Shown: in pieces, positions 37,273 through 49,700 of the stretch
Numbering within the stretch: position 1 is the stretch's first letter
Layout: every line of letters starts with the position of its first letter
From: Candidatus Dormiibacterota bacterium
GTDB taxonomy: Bacteria; Chloroflexota; Limnocylindria; Limnocylindrales; CSP1-4
Assembly: GCA_035631615.1 (NCBI GenBank)
Contig: DASQIK010000088.1
Coordinates: 721-64,720 of the forward strand
DNA: 64,000 bases
Reading direction: 5' to 3'
Notes under the pieces: generated by a model
What the model was told of the DNA's origin: nothing
Databases searched by the model: none
What the model saw: only the letters and a program-made list of their open reading frames with translations
Position numbers and translations under genes: made by a program

Positions 37273-38025
37273 GTGAACGACCTCGCGATCGGCCGAGTCT
37301 TCCGCCACCTCCGGCACCGGCTCGGCTGGCGCCAGGAGGACGTCGGAGTGCGAGCCGGGATCTCGACTGGCCTGTACTCATTGATCGAGCGCGGGCACCT
37401 GGACGGATTGACCGTCGCGAAGCTCAGGAAGGTCGCCGCGGTGCTCGAGATCGAGCTCGCGATCGATGCCCGCTGGCGCGGCGCCTCGCTTGAGCGTTCG
37501 ATCGCACACCGGCATGCTGCCATGTCCGAGGCCGTGGCGCGACTCCTCCTAGACGCTGGCTGGGAGGTTCGTCCGGAGGTCTCGTTCAGCCATTACGGAG
37601 AGCGAGGTGTCGTCGACCTTGTCGCCTGGCGTGCGGGGGAGGGCGTGCTGCTGCTGGTTGAGCTCAAGACCGAGCTTGTCGACGTGAACGAGCTCCTCGG
37701 GGTCATGGACCGGCGACGGCGCCTCGCCGAGGTGATCGCGCATAGCTGCGGCTGGTCTCCACGCGTCATCGCGCAGTGGGTCGTCCTCGCCGAAGGGAGG
37801 ACGAACCGGCGACGCGTGGCCGCGCATCGAACGATCCTGCGAGCCGCCTTTCCGCTCGATGGCCGATCGGTCGGCGGCTGGCTCGCGCGACCTGCTACAC
37901 CCGCGACTGTCCTGTGGTTCTTGCCAGATTCTTCCCTGGTTAGAGCTAGGTCGAGTCGGGCACCTCGGCAGCGAGTGCGGGCAACCCGTTCGAGCGTGGA
38001 CCCGGCGACGAAACCTGCCAATTGA
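37273..38025 (+). CDS. HTH (XRE family) domain fused to a PD-(D/E)xK-like nuclease-fold domain
   Basis: 250 aa with a GTG start. HTH: LRHRLGWRQEDVGVRAGISTGLYSLIERG. Candidate core: EVSF...GVVDLVAW...LLLVELKTEL. It uses noticeably more A/T-ending codons than its neighbours, especially in the last ~38 codons. Confidence 0.65.
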   Translation: MNDLAIGRVFRHLRHRLGWRQEDVGVRAGISTGLYSLIERGHLDGLTVAKLRKVAAVLEIELAIDARWRGASLERSIAHRHAAMSEAVARLLLDAGWEVRPEVSFSHYGERGVVDLVAWRAGEGVLLLVELKTELVDVNELLGVMDRRRRLAEVIAHSCGWSPRVIAQWVVLAEGRTNRRRVAAHRTILRAAFPLDGRSVGGWLARPATPATVLWFLPDSSLVRARSSRAPRQRVRATRSSVDPATKPAN

Positions 38026-38043
38026 TCGCGCCCGGAGTGATCT

Positions 38044-38071
38044 GGCAGGTTGGACGAGCGCCAACCTCGCC
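38044..38071 (+). terminator. Hairpin 18 nt after the HTH-nuclease gene stop
   Basis: ggc-aggttgg-acgagcg-ccaacct-c-gcc: a 7-bp core stem plus 3 flanking pairs, with no U tract. Confidence 0.3.
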
Positions 38072-38258
38072 TAGGTCTACTGAGGCTGCACTCTGGCAAG
38101 TTGCGGGGCCTCTGCAGCGGGTGCACCGCCTGTCGCTTATCGGTTCGCCGGACCGGGAGGCGCAGTTGCGGGGGGTCGAGGCGCCGGGCGAGGAAGCGGG
38201 TTGCCAGCGCTGTCCGCGCGGCGGCGCTCGCGGAAGTGAGGGCCAAGGTCGAAGGCGG

Positions 38259-39874
<1,616 letters not shown>

Positions 39875-39878
<4 letters not shown>

Positions 39879-40771
39879 CCGGCCGCGCGTCGCCGGACGG
39901 TCGCGTCGATGAGGCCGTGCGGCTCGGTCGTCGAGACGAACACCTCGCCCGGGTTGTCGAGCCCGAACGGCGCCAGGTCGACCTTCCAGTGGTGGAGGTT
40001 CGGCAGGACCATCCGGACCCACTCGATCGACGGCTCCGCGTCCATCATCGCCGTGGCCATGATCCAGATCGACGCCTGGACCGACGGGCTGAAATGCTCG
40101 GCGAGCGATTGCCGCAGGGCCACGCGGGCGCGGTCCCAGGCGGCGTCGAAGTCGAAGCTGTCGCTCGCAGCCACCTCGGTGCGCAGGCCCCACGTCGCCC
40201 GGAGCTTGGTCGCCATCAGCCGATCGTCGACCTCGGGGAGCGTCGTGTAGGCGTCGCGGTCGAAGCCGCTGAAGGCGGACTTGGTGGTCTTCATGACGGT
40301 GAGGTCGCCGACGCCGGCCTCGACATCGACGGCACCATCTGGGCCAACGGTGACGCGGACGAGGCGTGTCAGATCGCCCGCGCGGGTGAACGCGTCGGGC
40401 GCCTCGCCGCCGCTCTCGATCGGGATCCGGAGCCAGCGGTGCTCCTCGATATCCACCATGGCCCGGTCCACCAACGGGTGGGTGGCGAAATGGCGCGCCA
40501 GCTCGAGCCCGAACGCCTCGGGAGAGCCGGTCAGTCGATCGCGGGCGAACGCGTAGACGGTGTTCTTCATCGTGTCGGTGGCCACGAGGTTCGCGTTGTC
40601 GCCGTCCACGTGCACCGCCGCGAAATCCCCCTCGAGCGCGATCGCGACGGTCAGGTCGCGAAGGTCGTGCCGCTCCGGGCCGCGACGAACGGTCACCAGG
40701 CGGATCCGCGACTTGCCGTAGCGGTTCTCGCCGAGCTCATAGTCCGTGTTCGCGTCGCGGCCGTCAGCCAT
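39875..40771 (-). CDS. Urate oxidase (uricase)
   Basis: Track ORF 39875..41242 trimmed to ATG 40771. Motifs: [34 protein letters not shown], which is typical of bacterial tetrameric T-fold uricase. Confidence 0.9.
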
Positions 40772-41297
40772 GGGTCGGCCTCGCGGCGGCCGCGTCGCTC
40801 GCCAGGGCCCGCTGGCGGTCGATGGCGATGTCGATGACGGCGTCGAGCGCCCGCCGGAGCTCCGAATCCCGCTCTCGCGCCATGGCGGCGCGCAGGTCGG
40901 GCAGCAGCTCGGGGCGCGATCGACCGGCCACGAAGACACAGTAGCGGAAGCCGAAGCGCGCCTCGTACGCGTCGTTGAGGCGCTCGAGCTCGGCGCCCAC
41001 GGAGGCGAGATTCGCCGCTGCTGCCGCGCCGTACCCCTGCTCCCGGTGGGACATCGCCGAGACCGACGCCGGCGGCGCGCCGAGCCGCGGATGGGCATCG
41101 ACGAGCTCGAGCTGCTCCGGCACCGGCATCGCGTGCGCAATGTCTCGCGCCGCCTCGAACAGCGCCGCCCACGACCCGAATGGGCGCCGGGCCGCGAGTC
41201 GCGCCAGGAACCGGGGAGCCCCCTCGAACAGCGGCGCGACACCCGCCTCGAACTCGGCCGCCGTGGCCGCGTCCAGCGCCTCGATGGCGACGCTCAC
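40764..41297 (-). CDS. uraD: OHCU (2-oxo-4-hydroxy-4-carboxy-5-ureidoimidazoline) decarboxylase
   Basis: C-terminal 177 aa of track ORF 40764..42500, from GTG 41297 (GTGA overlap with the upstream stop). Motifs: LVDAHPRLG, EQ.G.......L..LN..Y..RFGFRYCVFVAGRS. Confidence 0.85.
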   Translation of the reverse strand: MSVAIEALDAATAAEFEAGVAPLFEGAPRFLARLAARRPFGSWAALFEAARDIAHAMPVPEQLELVDAHPRLGAPPASVSAMSHREQGYGAAAAANLASVGAELERLNDAYEARFGFRYCVFVAGRSRPELLPDLRAAMARERDSELRRALDAVIDIAIDRQRALASDAAAARPTHG

Positions 41298-42148
41298 CAG
41301 CCGCCGGCGTCGCGCAGGAGCCGGTGCAGGATCCGCGCCGAGACCGCGCGGCGATAGTCGGCGGTGGACCGGACGTCGTCGATCGGCCGGAGCTCGCCGG
41401 CGAGCGTCTCGGCCGCCCGATCCGCGACCTCCGGCGTCGGGTGCGCGCCCTCGAGGACCGCCTCGGTCGCGTGAGCGCGGATCGGCGTCGCCGCGACGGA
41501 GCCCAGCGCGACGCGCACGTTCGTCCAGCCCGTCGACCCGAAGTCCTCCCAGGCGAGCGCCATGACGACCTTCGAGATCGCCTGCGCGCGCCGCGTCCCA
41601 ACCTTCCGGAAGCGCAGCTCGCGACCCCGGGGCAGCGGGACTCGGACGTGCAGGATCAACTCGTCCGGCGCCAGCGCGGTTCTGCGATAGCTGACGAAGA
41701 AGTCCGACGCCGCGACCTCGCGCTCGCCACGCTGCCCACCCACCAGGATCGTCGCGTCCGCGGCGAGCAGGATCGGGAGCGTGTCGCCGGCGGGCGAGGC
41801 GTTGGCGATGTTGCCGCCGAGCGTCCCGCGGTTCTGGATCTGGGCGGCGCCAATGGTCGCGGCTGCCTCGACGAGCGCCGGCAGGTGCTCGCGGCACAGC
41901 GCGGACCGACGGATCTCGGTGTACGTCGTGCGGGCGCCGAGGACGAGCGAACCCTCCTCCAGCGAGATCCCGCGCAGGGCGTCGATGCGCGACAGGTCGA
42001 GCATCCGGTCCGGGATCGGCCCGAGCTCGCCCGTGATCGCGACCATCACGTCGGTGCCGCCCGCGATCGGCCGCGTCGGCCCGGCCGCGAGCCGCTCGTA
42101 GGCCTCGAACAGGTGCCGCGGCGTATCGATCGGTGGCTCGGCGGGCAT
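41294..42148 (-). CDS. Xanthine dehydrogenase-family FAD-binding subunit
   Basis: 284 aa. Motifs: IAGGTDVMV, AAQIQNRGTLGGNIANASPAGD (CoxM/XdhB-type FAD-binding domain). Confidence 0.88.
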   Translation of the reverse strand: MPAEPPIDTPRHLFEAYERLAAGPTRPIAGGTDVMVAITGELGPIPDRMLDLSRIDALRGISLEEGSLVLGARTTYTEIRRSALCREHLPALVEAAATIGAAQIQNRGTLGGNIANASPAGDTLPILLAADATILVGGQRGEREVAASDFFVSYRRTALAPDELILHVRVPLPRGRELRFRKVGTRRAQAISKVVMALAWEDFGSTGWTNVRVALGSVAATPIRAHATEAVLEGAHPTPEVADRAAETLAGELRPIDDVRSTADYRRAVSARILHRLLRDAGGW

Positions 42149-42159
42149 GGCGCTCGCGC

Positions 42160-42632
42160 CTACTCCGCCGGGCTCGCCACAGCCGCGATGGCGTCGACGA
42201 TCTTCGTGTAGCCCGTGCAGCGGCAGAGGTTGCCGGCGATGGCCTCGCGAATGGCCTCGTCATCGGGGCCGCCGCCGGCGTCGAGATAGGCGCGCGCGGC
42301 CATGAGCATGCCGGGCGTGCAGATCCCGCACTGGGCGGCGCCGTGATCGAGGAACGCCTCCTGGAGCGTGTCGAGCGCGCCGCGCTCGCGCGCAGCGAGC
42401 GACAGCCCCTCGACCGTGCGCACGATCCGGCCCTCCACCTGGCAGACGGGCACGAGGCACGCATCGACGACCTGGCCATCGAGGAGCACGGAGCACGCAC
42501 CGCACTCCCCTTCCCCGCAGCCCTCCTTCGTCCCCGTCAGCCCGAGGTCCTCGCGAAGCACGTCGAGCAGGCGCCGCATGCCCGGCACGTCGACCTGGGC
42601 GGGCGCGCCATTCACGAGGAACCGGTACGCGC

Positions 42633-42636
<4 letters not shown>
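42160..42636 (-). CDS. Xanthine dehydrogenase-family [2Fe-2S] small subunit
   Basis: Track ORF 42160..42987 trimmed to GTG 42636 (GTGA overlap). Motifs: GCGEGECGACSVLLDG and CGICTPGMLM...NLCRCTGY, the two cluster motifs. Confidence 0.9.
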
Positions 42637-44960
<2,324 letters not shown>

Positions 44961-45010
44961 CCTTCCCTCGAGACTGCTGCTCGCGAGTCCAGTCGTATCT
45001 GCCCCGGAGA

Positions 45011-46186
45011 CTACCAGTCGGGCGATCGCGGGATGGGTTGCCGCTCGCGGGCAAGCTCCTCGAGCAGCGCCACCGCGTGCTCCATCGGAGGCAGCGCCTG
45101 CATGTCGGCGGCGAACGCCTGGGCGTTGCGCCGGAACCGCTCGTCGGCGAGGACCTCGCGGATCCGCGACCGGATCGTGGCGGGATCACGCTCGCTCGGC
45201 GCGACCGCCCGGCCCAGCCCAAGCGCCTCGACCCGCTCCGCGGTGTACGGCTGGTCGCCGCCGATCGGGATGACGACGAGCGGCAGCCCGAGGCGCAGCG
45301 CCTCCTTCGTGCCGTTGAACCCGCCGTGCGCGACGAAGAGCGTCGATTCCGCGAGGACCAGGATCTGCGGCACGAAGGCCTCGATCCGGACGTTCGTTGG
45401 CGGCGTGCCGAATCTCGCCGGATCCTGGCCGCGCCCGATGGCGGCGACGACCTCGATCGGCTCGCCGGCCACCGCCTCGATGATCGCCTCGAACAGGCCG
45501 GGCAGCCCATTCATCAGCGTCCCGAGGCTGGCGAGCACGAGCGGACGATCGCGTGGCGCATCGAGCCAACCCGGGCGCACCTCCCCCGGCCGATCCGGAT
45601 TCTCGTAGCGGATGAAGTGGATCGTCTCGGGGTGCGCCACCTCTCCGTCCCAACGAGGCGGGACGAACGCGAAGTGCAGGTATCGGAACAGCATCTCCGC
45701 CTCGGGGTCGGGCGGCAGCCCGAGCTCTGCGCGCCGGATCGACAGTGTCGGGCCGAGCTGCTCGCGTCGCTCCGGCAGGGAGCTCAGGGAGCCAGCCCCG
45801 ATCGAGGCGTGAGGCCGGTCGAGCTTCTCGGCGACGAGCGAGGCGGCCATCTCGCCGTTCTCGTTCACGAGCACGTCCGGTCGCCAGGCCTCGGCGTGGC
45901 GGACCAGGTCCGGGATCATGGCGAGCGCGGCCCGACCGGCGAAGACCTCGAGCTGCATGAACTGGCGCCTGCGCGGATCGCCGAGCGGCGGTGCGCCGCC
46001 AGAGATCGATTCGAGGTCGTCGGCGCCGCCGGGTAGGTGCTCGAGGCCACTCCGGCGAAGCTCGTCCGCGAATGCCGGGCTGCAGCAGACCGCGACGTCG
46101 TGCCCGGCCGCAGCCACGGCGAGCGCCATCTGCATGATCGAGTTGAAGTGCCCCGTCGCCGGCAGCGTCGTGAACAGGGCCCGCAT
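45011..46186 (-). CDS. GT1-family glycosyltransferase (MGT / UDP-glycosyltransferase type)
   Basis: 391 aa. N-terminal MRALFTTLPATGHFNSIMQMALAV and C-terminal donor-binding HGGFNGTKEALRLGLPLVVIPIGGDQ. Confidence 0.8.
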   Translation of the reverse strand: MRALFTTLPATGHFNSIMQMALAVAAAGHDVAVCCSPAFADELRRSGLEHLPGGADDLESISGGAPPLGDPRRRQFMQLEVFAGRAALAMIPDLVRHAEAWRPDVLVNENGEMAASLVAEKLDRPHASIGAGSLSSLPERREQLGPTLSIRRAELGLPPDPEAEMLFRYLHFAFVPPRWDGEVAHPETIHFIRYENPDRPGEVRPGWLDAPRDRPLVLASLGTLMNGLPGLFEAIIEAVAGEPIEVVAAIGRGQDPARFGTPPTNVRIEAFVPQILVLAESTLFVAHGGFNGTKEALRLGLPLVVIPIGGDQPYTAERVEALGLGRAVAPSERDPATIRSRIREVLADERFRRNAQAFAADMQALPPMEHAVALLEELARERQPIPRSPDW

Positions 46187-46196
46187 GCGGGAGAGC

Positions 46197-47834
46197 CTAG
46201 TCCCGGCCGCGGCGGAGGGCGCGACCCGGCAACGCGCCCGTGTGGGCGCCGTCCTCGACGACGAGGTGCCCGTTCACGATGACGTGCTCGATCCCCTCGG
46301 GGAACTGGCGAGGCCTGTCGTACGTGGCGTTCGCGCGCACCGTCGAAGGATCGAACACGACGAGGTCGGCAATGAGGCCGTCCGCAATGCGCCCGCGATC
46401 CTTCAGCCCGAGCCGCGCCGCCGGCATCGAGGTCATCTTCGCGACCGCGCCCTCGAGGCTGAGCAACGCCTCCTCGCGCACGAACTGCCCGAGGATCCGC
46501 GGGTACGAGCCGTAAGACCGCGGGCTCGGCCTGGCACCGACGAACGTGGAGTCGGTGCCGACCATGGCGACGGGGTGCTGATAGAAGCGCCGCATGCCCT
46601 CGATGTGCGGACCGGGCGTGACCTGGTTCAGGCGCAGCCCCTCCAACAGCAGCAGGTCGCACAGGACGTCCACGAGATCGCCGCCGCGCTCCCTGCCGAC
46701 GTCGCCGAGCGTCCGGCCCTCGAAGGCGAGATTCTCCGCTCTCGCGAAGTAGCCGAGCCGGATGTCGGCGATGCCGCCCGCGCCGGCGTACAGCACGCCG
46801 CGCTCGCGCAGCTCGCCGCGGATGCGTCCGCGCACGGCACGATCGGCGAGGCGCTCCTTCGTCGGCCCGGGACCGCCCGCCTGGACCCACGGTGGCACGG
46901 TGATCAGCAGCCGCGTGCTCGCCCACTCGTATGGATACGCGTCGAACGTGACGTCGAGCCCCTCGGCGCGGGCGTCGTCGACGAGCGCCAGCATCTGCTC
47001 GGGCGTGCCGGGGAACGTGGCCCGGTGGTAGAAGTGCGTGATGTGCGCGGGCGAGCCGCCCCGCCGGCCGATGTCGATCGCCTCCCGGAACGGATCCAGG
47101 AACCGGTCCCCGAGCGCGTACCGAACGTGCGAGTGGTAGAACCCGCCGAGGCGCGCGGCGGCGCGAGCGAGATTCGCCAGCTCCCCCGTGGACGCGTACG
47201 CCCCCGGCGGATAGTCGAGCCCCGACGAGATGCCGTAGGCGCCCTGCTCCATCCCTTCGACGAGCATCGACCGCATCGTCGCCTCGTCGGCGGCGCTCGC
47301 CTCGCGCTCGTTCCAGCCGATGGCGGCCAGCCGCAGCGCCGAGTTGCCGATCAGGAACGCGATGTTGACGCCGAGCCCCCGATCGAACCGATCGAGGTAG
47401 GACTCGACGCTGTCCCAGTCGAAGGCGATATCGGGGTGGCCGTCCAGCCCGGCGTTCATCTCGACGAGCTCGGCGAGGTGCTCCGGGCTCGTCATCGGCG
47501 CGTACGACAGGCCGTCGACGCCGACGACCTCGGTGGTCACGCCCTGCCGGACCTTGGGCTCGTGGCGCGGCTCCGCGAGAATCATCAGGCCCGAGTGGCT
47601 GTGCAGGTCGATGAACCCCGGCGCCACCACCTTGTCCTTCGCATGGACGAGGCGCGCCGCTCGCCCGATCGCGTCCTCGATCGAGGCCGGCTCACGCAGG
47701 ATGGCGATTCGCGCGCTTGCGCCCGCTGCCTCGCGGCTGACGCCAACCGCCGCTGCGAACCCGGGCGCCCCGGTGCCGTCCACGACGGTGCCGTCGAGGA
47801 TCAGGAGCTCGAAGCGCCGCTCGTCCGTCGTCAT
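46197..47834 (-). CDS. N-acyl-D-amino-acid deacylase (D-aminoacylase) family amidohydrolase
   Basis: Track ORF 46197..48131 trimmed to ATG 47834 (MTTDERRFELLILDGTVVDGTG). Motifs: PGFIDLHSHS, QGVTTEV.G.DG, and a family-typical C-terminus (GAHTGALPGRALRR). Confidence 0.8.
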   Translation of the reverse strand: MTTDERRFELLILDGTVVDGTGAPGFAAAVGVSREAAGASARIAILREPASIEDAIGRAARLVHAKDKVVAPGFIDLHSHSGLMILAEPRHEPKVRQGVTTEVVGVDGLSYAPMTSPEHLAELVEMNAGLDGHPDIAFDWDSVESYLDRFDRGLGVNIAFLIGNSALRLAAIGWNEREASAADEATMRSMLVEGMEQGAYGISSGLDYPPGAYASTGELANLARAAARLGGFYHSHVRYALGDRFLDPFREAIDIGRRGGSPAHITHFYHRATFPGTPEQMLALVDDARAEGLDVTFDAYPYEWASTRLLITVPPWVQAGGPGPTKERLADRAVRGRIRGELRERGVLYAGAGGIADIRLGYFARAENLAFEGRTLGDVGRERGGDLVDVLCDLLLLEGLRLNQVTPGPHIEGMRRFYQHPVAMVGTDSTFVGARPSPRSYGSYPRILGQFVREEALLSLEGAVAKMTSMPAARLGLKDRGRIADGLIADLVVFDPSTVRANATYDRPRQFPEGIEHVIVNGHLVVEDGAHTGALPGRALRRGRD

Positions 47835-47880
47835 CGGGTTGCCATCTTCGCACCCGGGTCCCGGTGCTAGCCTCCCGCCG

Positions 47881-49230
47881 ATGCACCTGCCCGATCGGCC
47901 GCCGTTCGCCATCCGCGCGCGGATCCTGACGCCGCTGGCGACGGGCGGCGTTGCCGACTTCCCGGACGGCGTGATCGCGGTCGGCGCGGATGGGCGCATC
48001 GACGCCGTCGGCGGCGCCTCGGACTGGGTCCCGCGGCTCTCGGCCCTGAACCTGGAGCCGATCGACCTGCGGCCGTTCGTCGTCCTGCCCGGCATGGTCG
48101 ACCTCCACGCCCACCTGCCGCAGCTGCCCAATGCCGGGCTCGGGGCGGGGCTCGACCTGCTGACCTGGCTCGACCGCTACATCTTCCCGCTCGAGCGCCA
48201 GTTCGACGACGCCGAGGACGCCGCCCGCCTCGCACCCGCCGCGTTCCGCGCCTTCGCGGCCGCCGGGACGACGACCCTCCTCGCCTACGGCGCCGTGTAC
48301 AAGGCGTCCACGGACGGCGCGTTCCGCGCCGCCGAGGAGCATGGCATCCGGGCGATCCTGGGCAAGGTGATGATGGATCGCGGCACGTACGACACGACCA
48401 TCGAGCCCGGGACGATCCTCGAACGGTCGCTGCGCGAATCCGAGGAGCTCATCGCGGCCTGGCACGGCGCCGACGATGGCCGCCTGGGCTACGCGGTTAC
48501 GCCACGGTTCGCCATCTCATGCACCGCGGAGATGCTGCGCGAGTCGGCCGCGCTCGCGGCTCGGACCGGCGCCTGGTGGCAGACCCACGTGAGCGAGGAC
48601 CCGGGCGAGATCCGGGAAGTTGCCAGGCTGTTCCCCGACGCTCGGGACTACGTCGACGTCTACGACCGCGCCGGCGGCCTCGGTGCCCGCACGATCCTCG
48701 CCCACGCGATCCACCTGTCGGATCGCGAGCTCGCGCGCCTCGTCGCGACGGACACGCGCGTCGCGCATTGCCCGTCGTCGAACCTGTTCCTGGCCTCCGG
48801 GATCATGCCGCTCGCGCGCTATCGCGAAGCAGGGCTGCGGGTCGGGCTGGGTTCCGACGTGGCCGGCGGCCCGGATCCGTCGCTGTTCGTCGTGATGCAG
48901 ATCGGCGCCTACGCGCAGGCTGCCCTGCGAACGGTCGTGGGCGAGACGCGCCCATCCCTCACGCCGATCGACTGGCTGCGCGCCGGCACCTTCGACGGCG
49001 CCGCGGCGCTCGGGCTCGATGATCGGATCGGTTCGCTCGAGACCGGCAAGGAAGCCGACCTCATCGCGGTCGACCCGCGCCTGACGGCCGCGCGGCGCGA
49101 CCTGCCCTACGACCCCGCGCGCGTCGAGCCGGGCGAGGTCATGAGCCGCTTGATCTTCCGCGCCCACCCGGACATGGTCCGCGCCGCCTGGGTCCGCGGC
49201 CGCCGCCTCGAGGGTCCGCCGAGCGACTGA
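47881..49230 (+). CDS. guaD: Guanine deaminase-like amidohydrolase
   Basis: Track ORF 47533..49230 trimmed to ATG 47881. Motifs: PGMVDLHAHLPQ (H-x-H-x-PQ), QTHVSE, AHAIHLS, HCPSSN, GLGSDVAGG. Confidence 0.8.
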   Translation: MHLPDRPPFAIRARILTPLATGGVADFPDGVIAVGADGRIDAVGGASDWVPRLSALNLEPIDLRPFVVLPGMVDLHAHLPQLPNAGLGAGLDLLTWLDRYIFPLERQFDDAEDAARLAPAAFRAFAAAGTTTLLAYGAVYKASTDGAFRAAEEHGIRAILGKVMMDRGTYDTTIEPGTILERSLRESEELIAAWHGADDGRLGYAVTPRFAISCTAEMLRESAALAARTGAWWQTHVSEDPGEIREVARLFPDARDYVDVYDRAGGLGARTILAHAIHLSDRELARLVATDTRVAHCPSSNLFLASGIMPLARYREAGLRVGLGSDVAGGPDPSLFVVMQIGAYAQAALRTVVGETRPSLTPIDWLRAGTFDGAAALGLDDRIGSLETGKEADLIAVDPRLTAARRDLPYDPARVEPGEVMSRLIFRAHPDMVRAAWVRGRRLEGPPSD

Positions 49231-49406
49231 GCTCAGGCTCGAGGTCGTCGGTTGTGCTGGCCAGCCTGCCAGACGTCGGCCCGCAGAGCACGAGGCGTCA
49301 TTTGCGGCCTCGTCGCGATGCATCCTGGACGCCGCCGAGCGTGGATCGCAGGCGAATGGCTGCCAAACTCCGGCCACGATGCAATGTGGCTGGTCCGGGC
49401 GCGCGC

Positions 49407-49610
49407 CTACTTGCGCTTGGTGCGGAACTGGTTGAGGTGCGTCGTCCAGTCGGAGCCGCCGGTGGCGTTCGTGGCGCAGCTGCCGTGCCAGCCGCAGACG
49501 CAGGTGATGGTCTGCTCGCGGTGCTTGTACTGGTCGATCACGTGACGCAGGGGCTCGGGCTCACCGGTCCGATTGGCTGGGCGGGATAGGGACAGTGGGC
49601 GTCCGTTCAC
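49407..49610 (-). CDS. Small Cys/His/Trp-containing hypothetical protein (about 67 aa)
   Basis: Track ORF 49407..49628. The in-frame GTG 49610 has AGGAG 7 nt upstream. Strong GC3 over HVIDQYKHREQTITCVCGWHGSCATNATGGSDWTTHLNQFRTKRK. Confidence 0.45.
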   Translation of the reverse strand: MNGRPLSLSRPANRTGEPEPLRHVIDQYKHREQTITCVCGWHGSCATNATGGSDWTTHLNQFRTKRK

Positions 49611-49700
49611 GGGTGAGCTCCTGGGCACGGTGGCCGCGTCGGGGGCACGACGTCGGCCAGCAAGTATCGCCGATTCGGGGGATTCGCGCTTGGGCGCCGC

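Noticed and set aside
38026-38258. Possible small ORF or sRNA in the 233-bp lower-GC spacer after the HTH-nuclease gene.
   Set aside because: There is no ORF with a credible start or SD, and I cannot assess RNA structure conservation. It is reported only as part of the atypical-composition islet.
49252-49545. 97-aa plus-strand ORF in the gap after guanine deaminase.
   Set aside because: It has poor codon bias and is antisense to the better-supported small minus-strand ORF (49407..49610), which has an SD and strong GC3.
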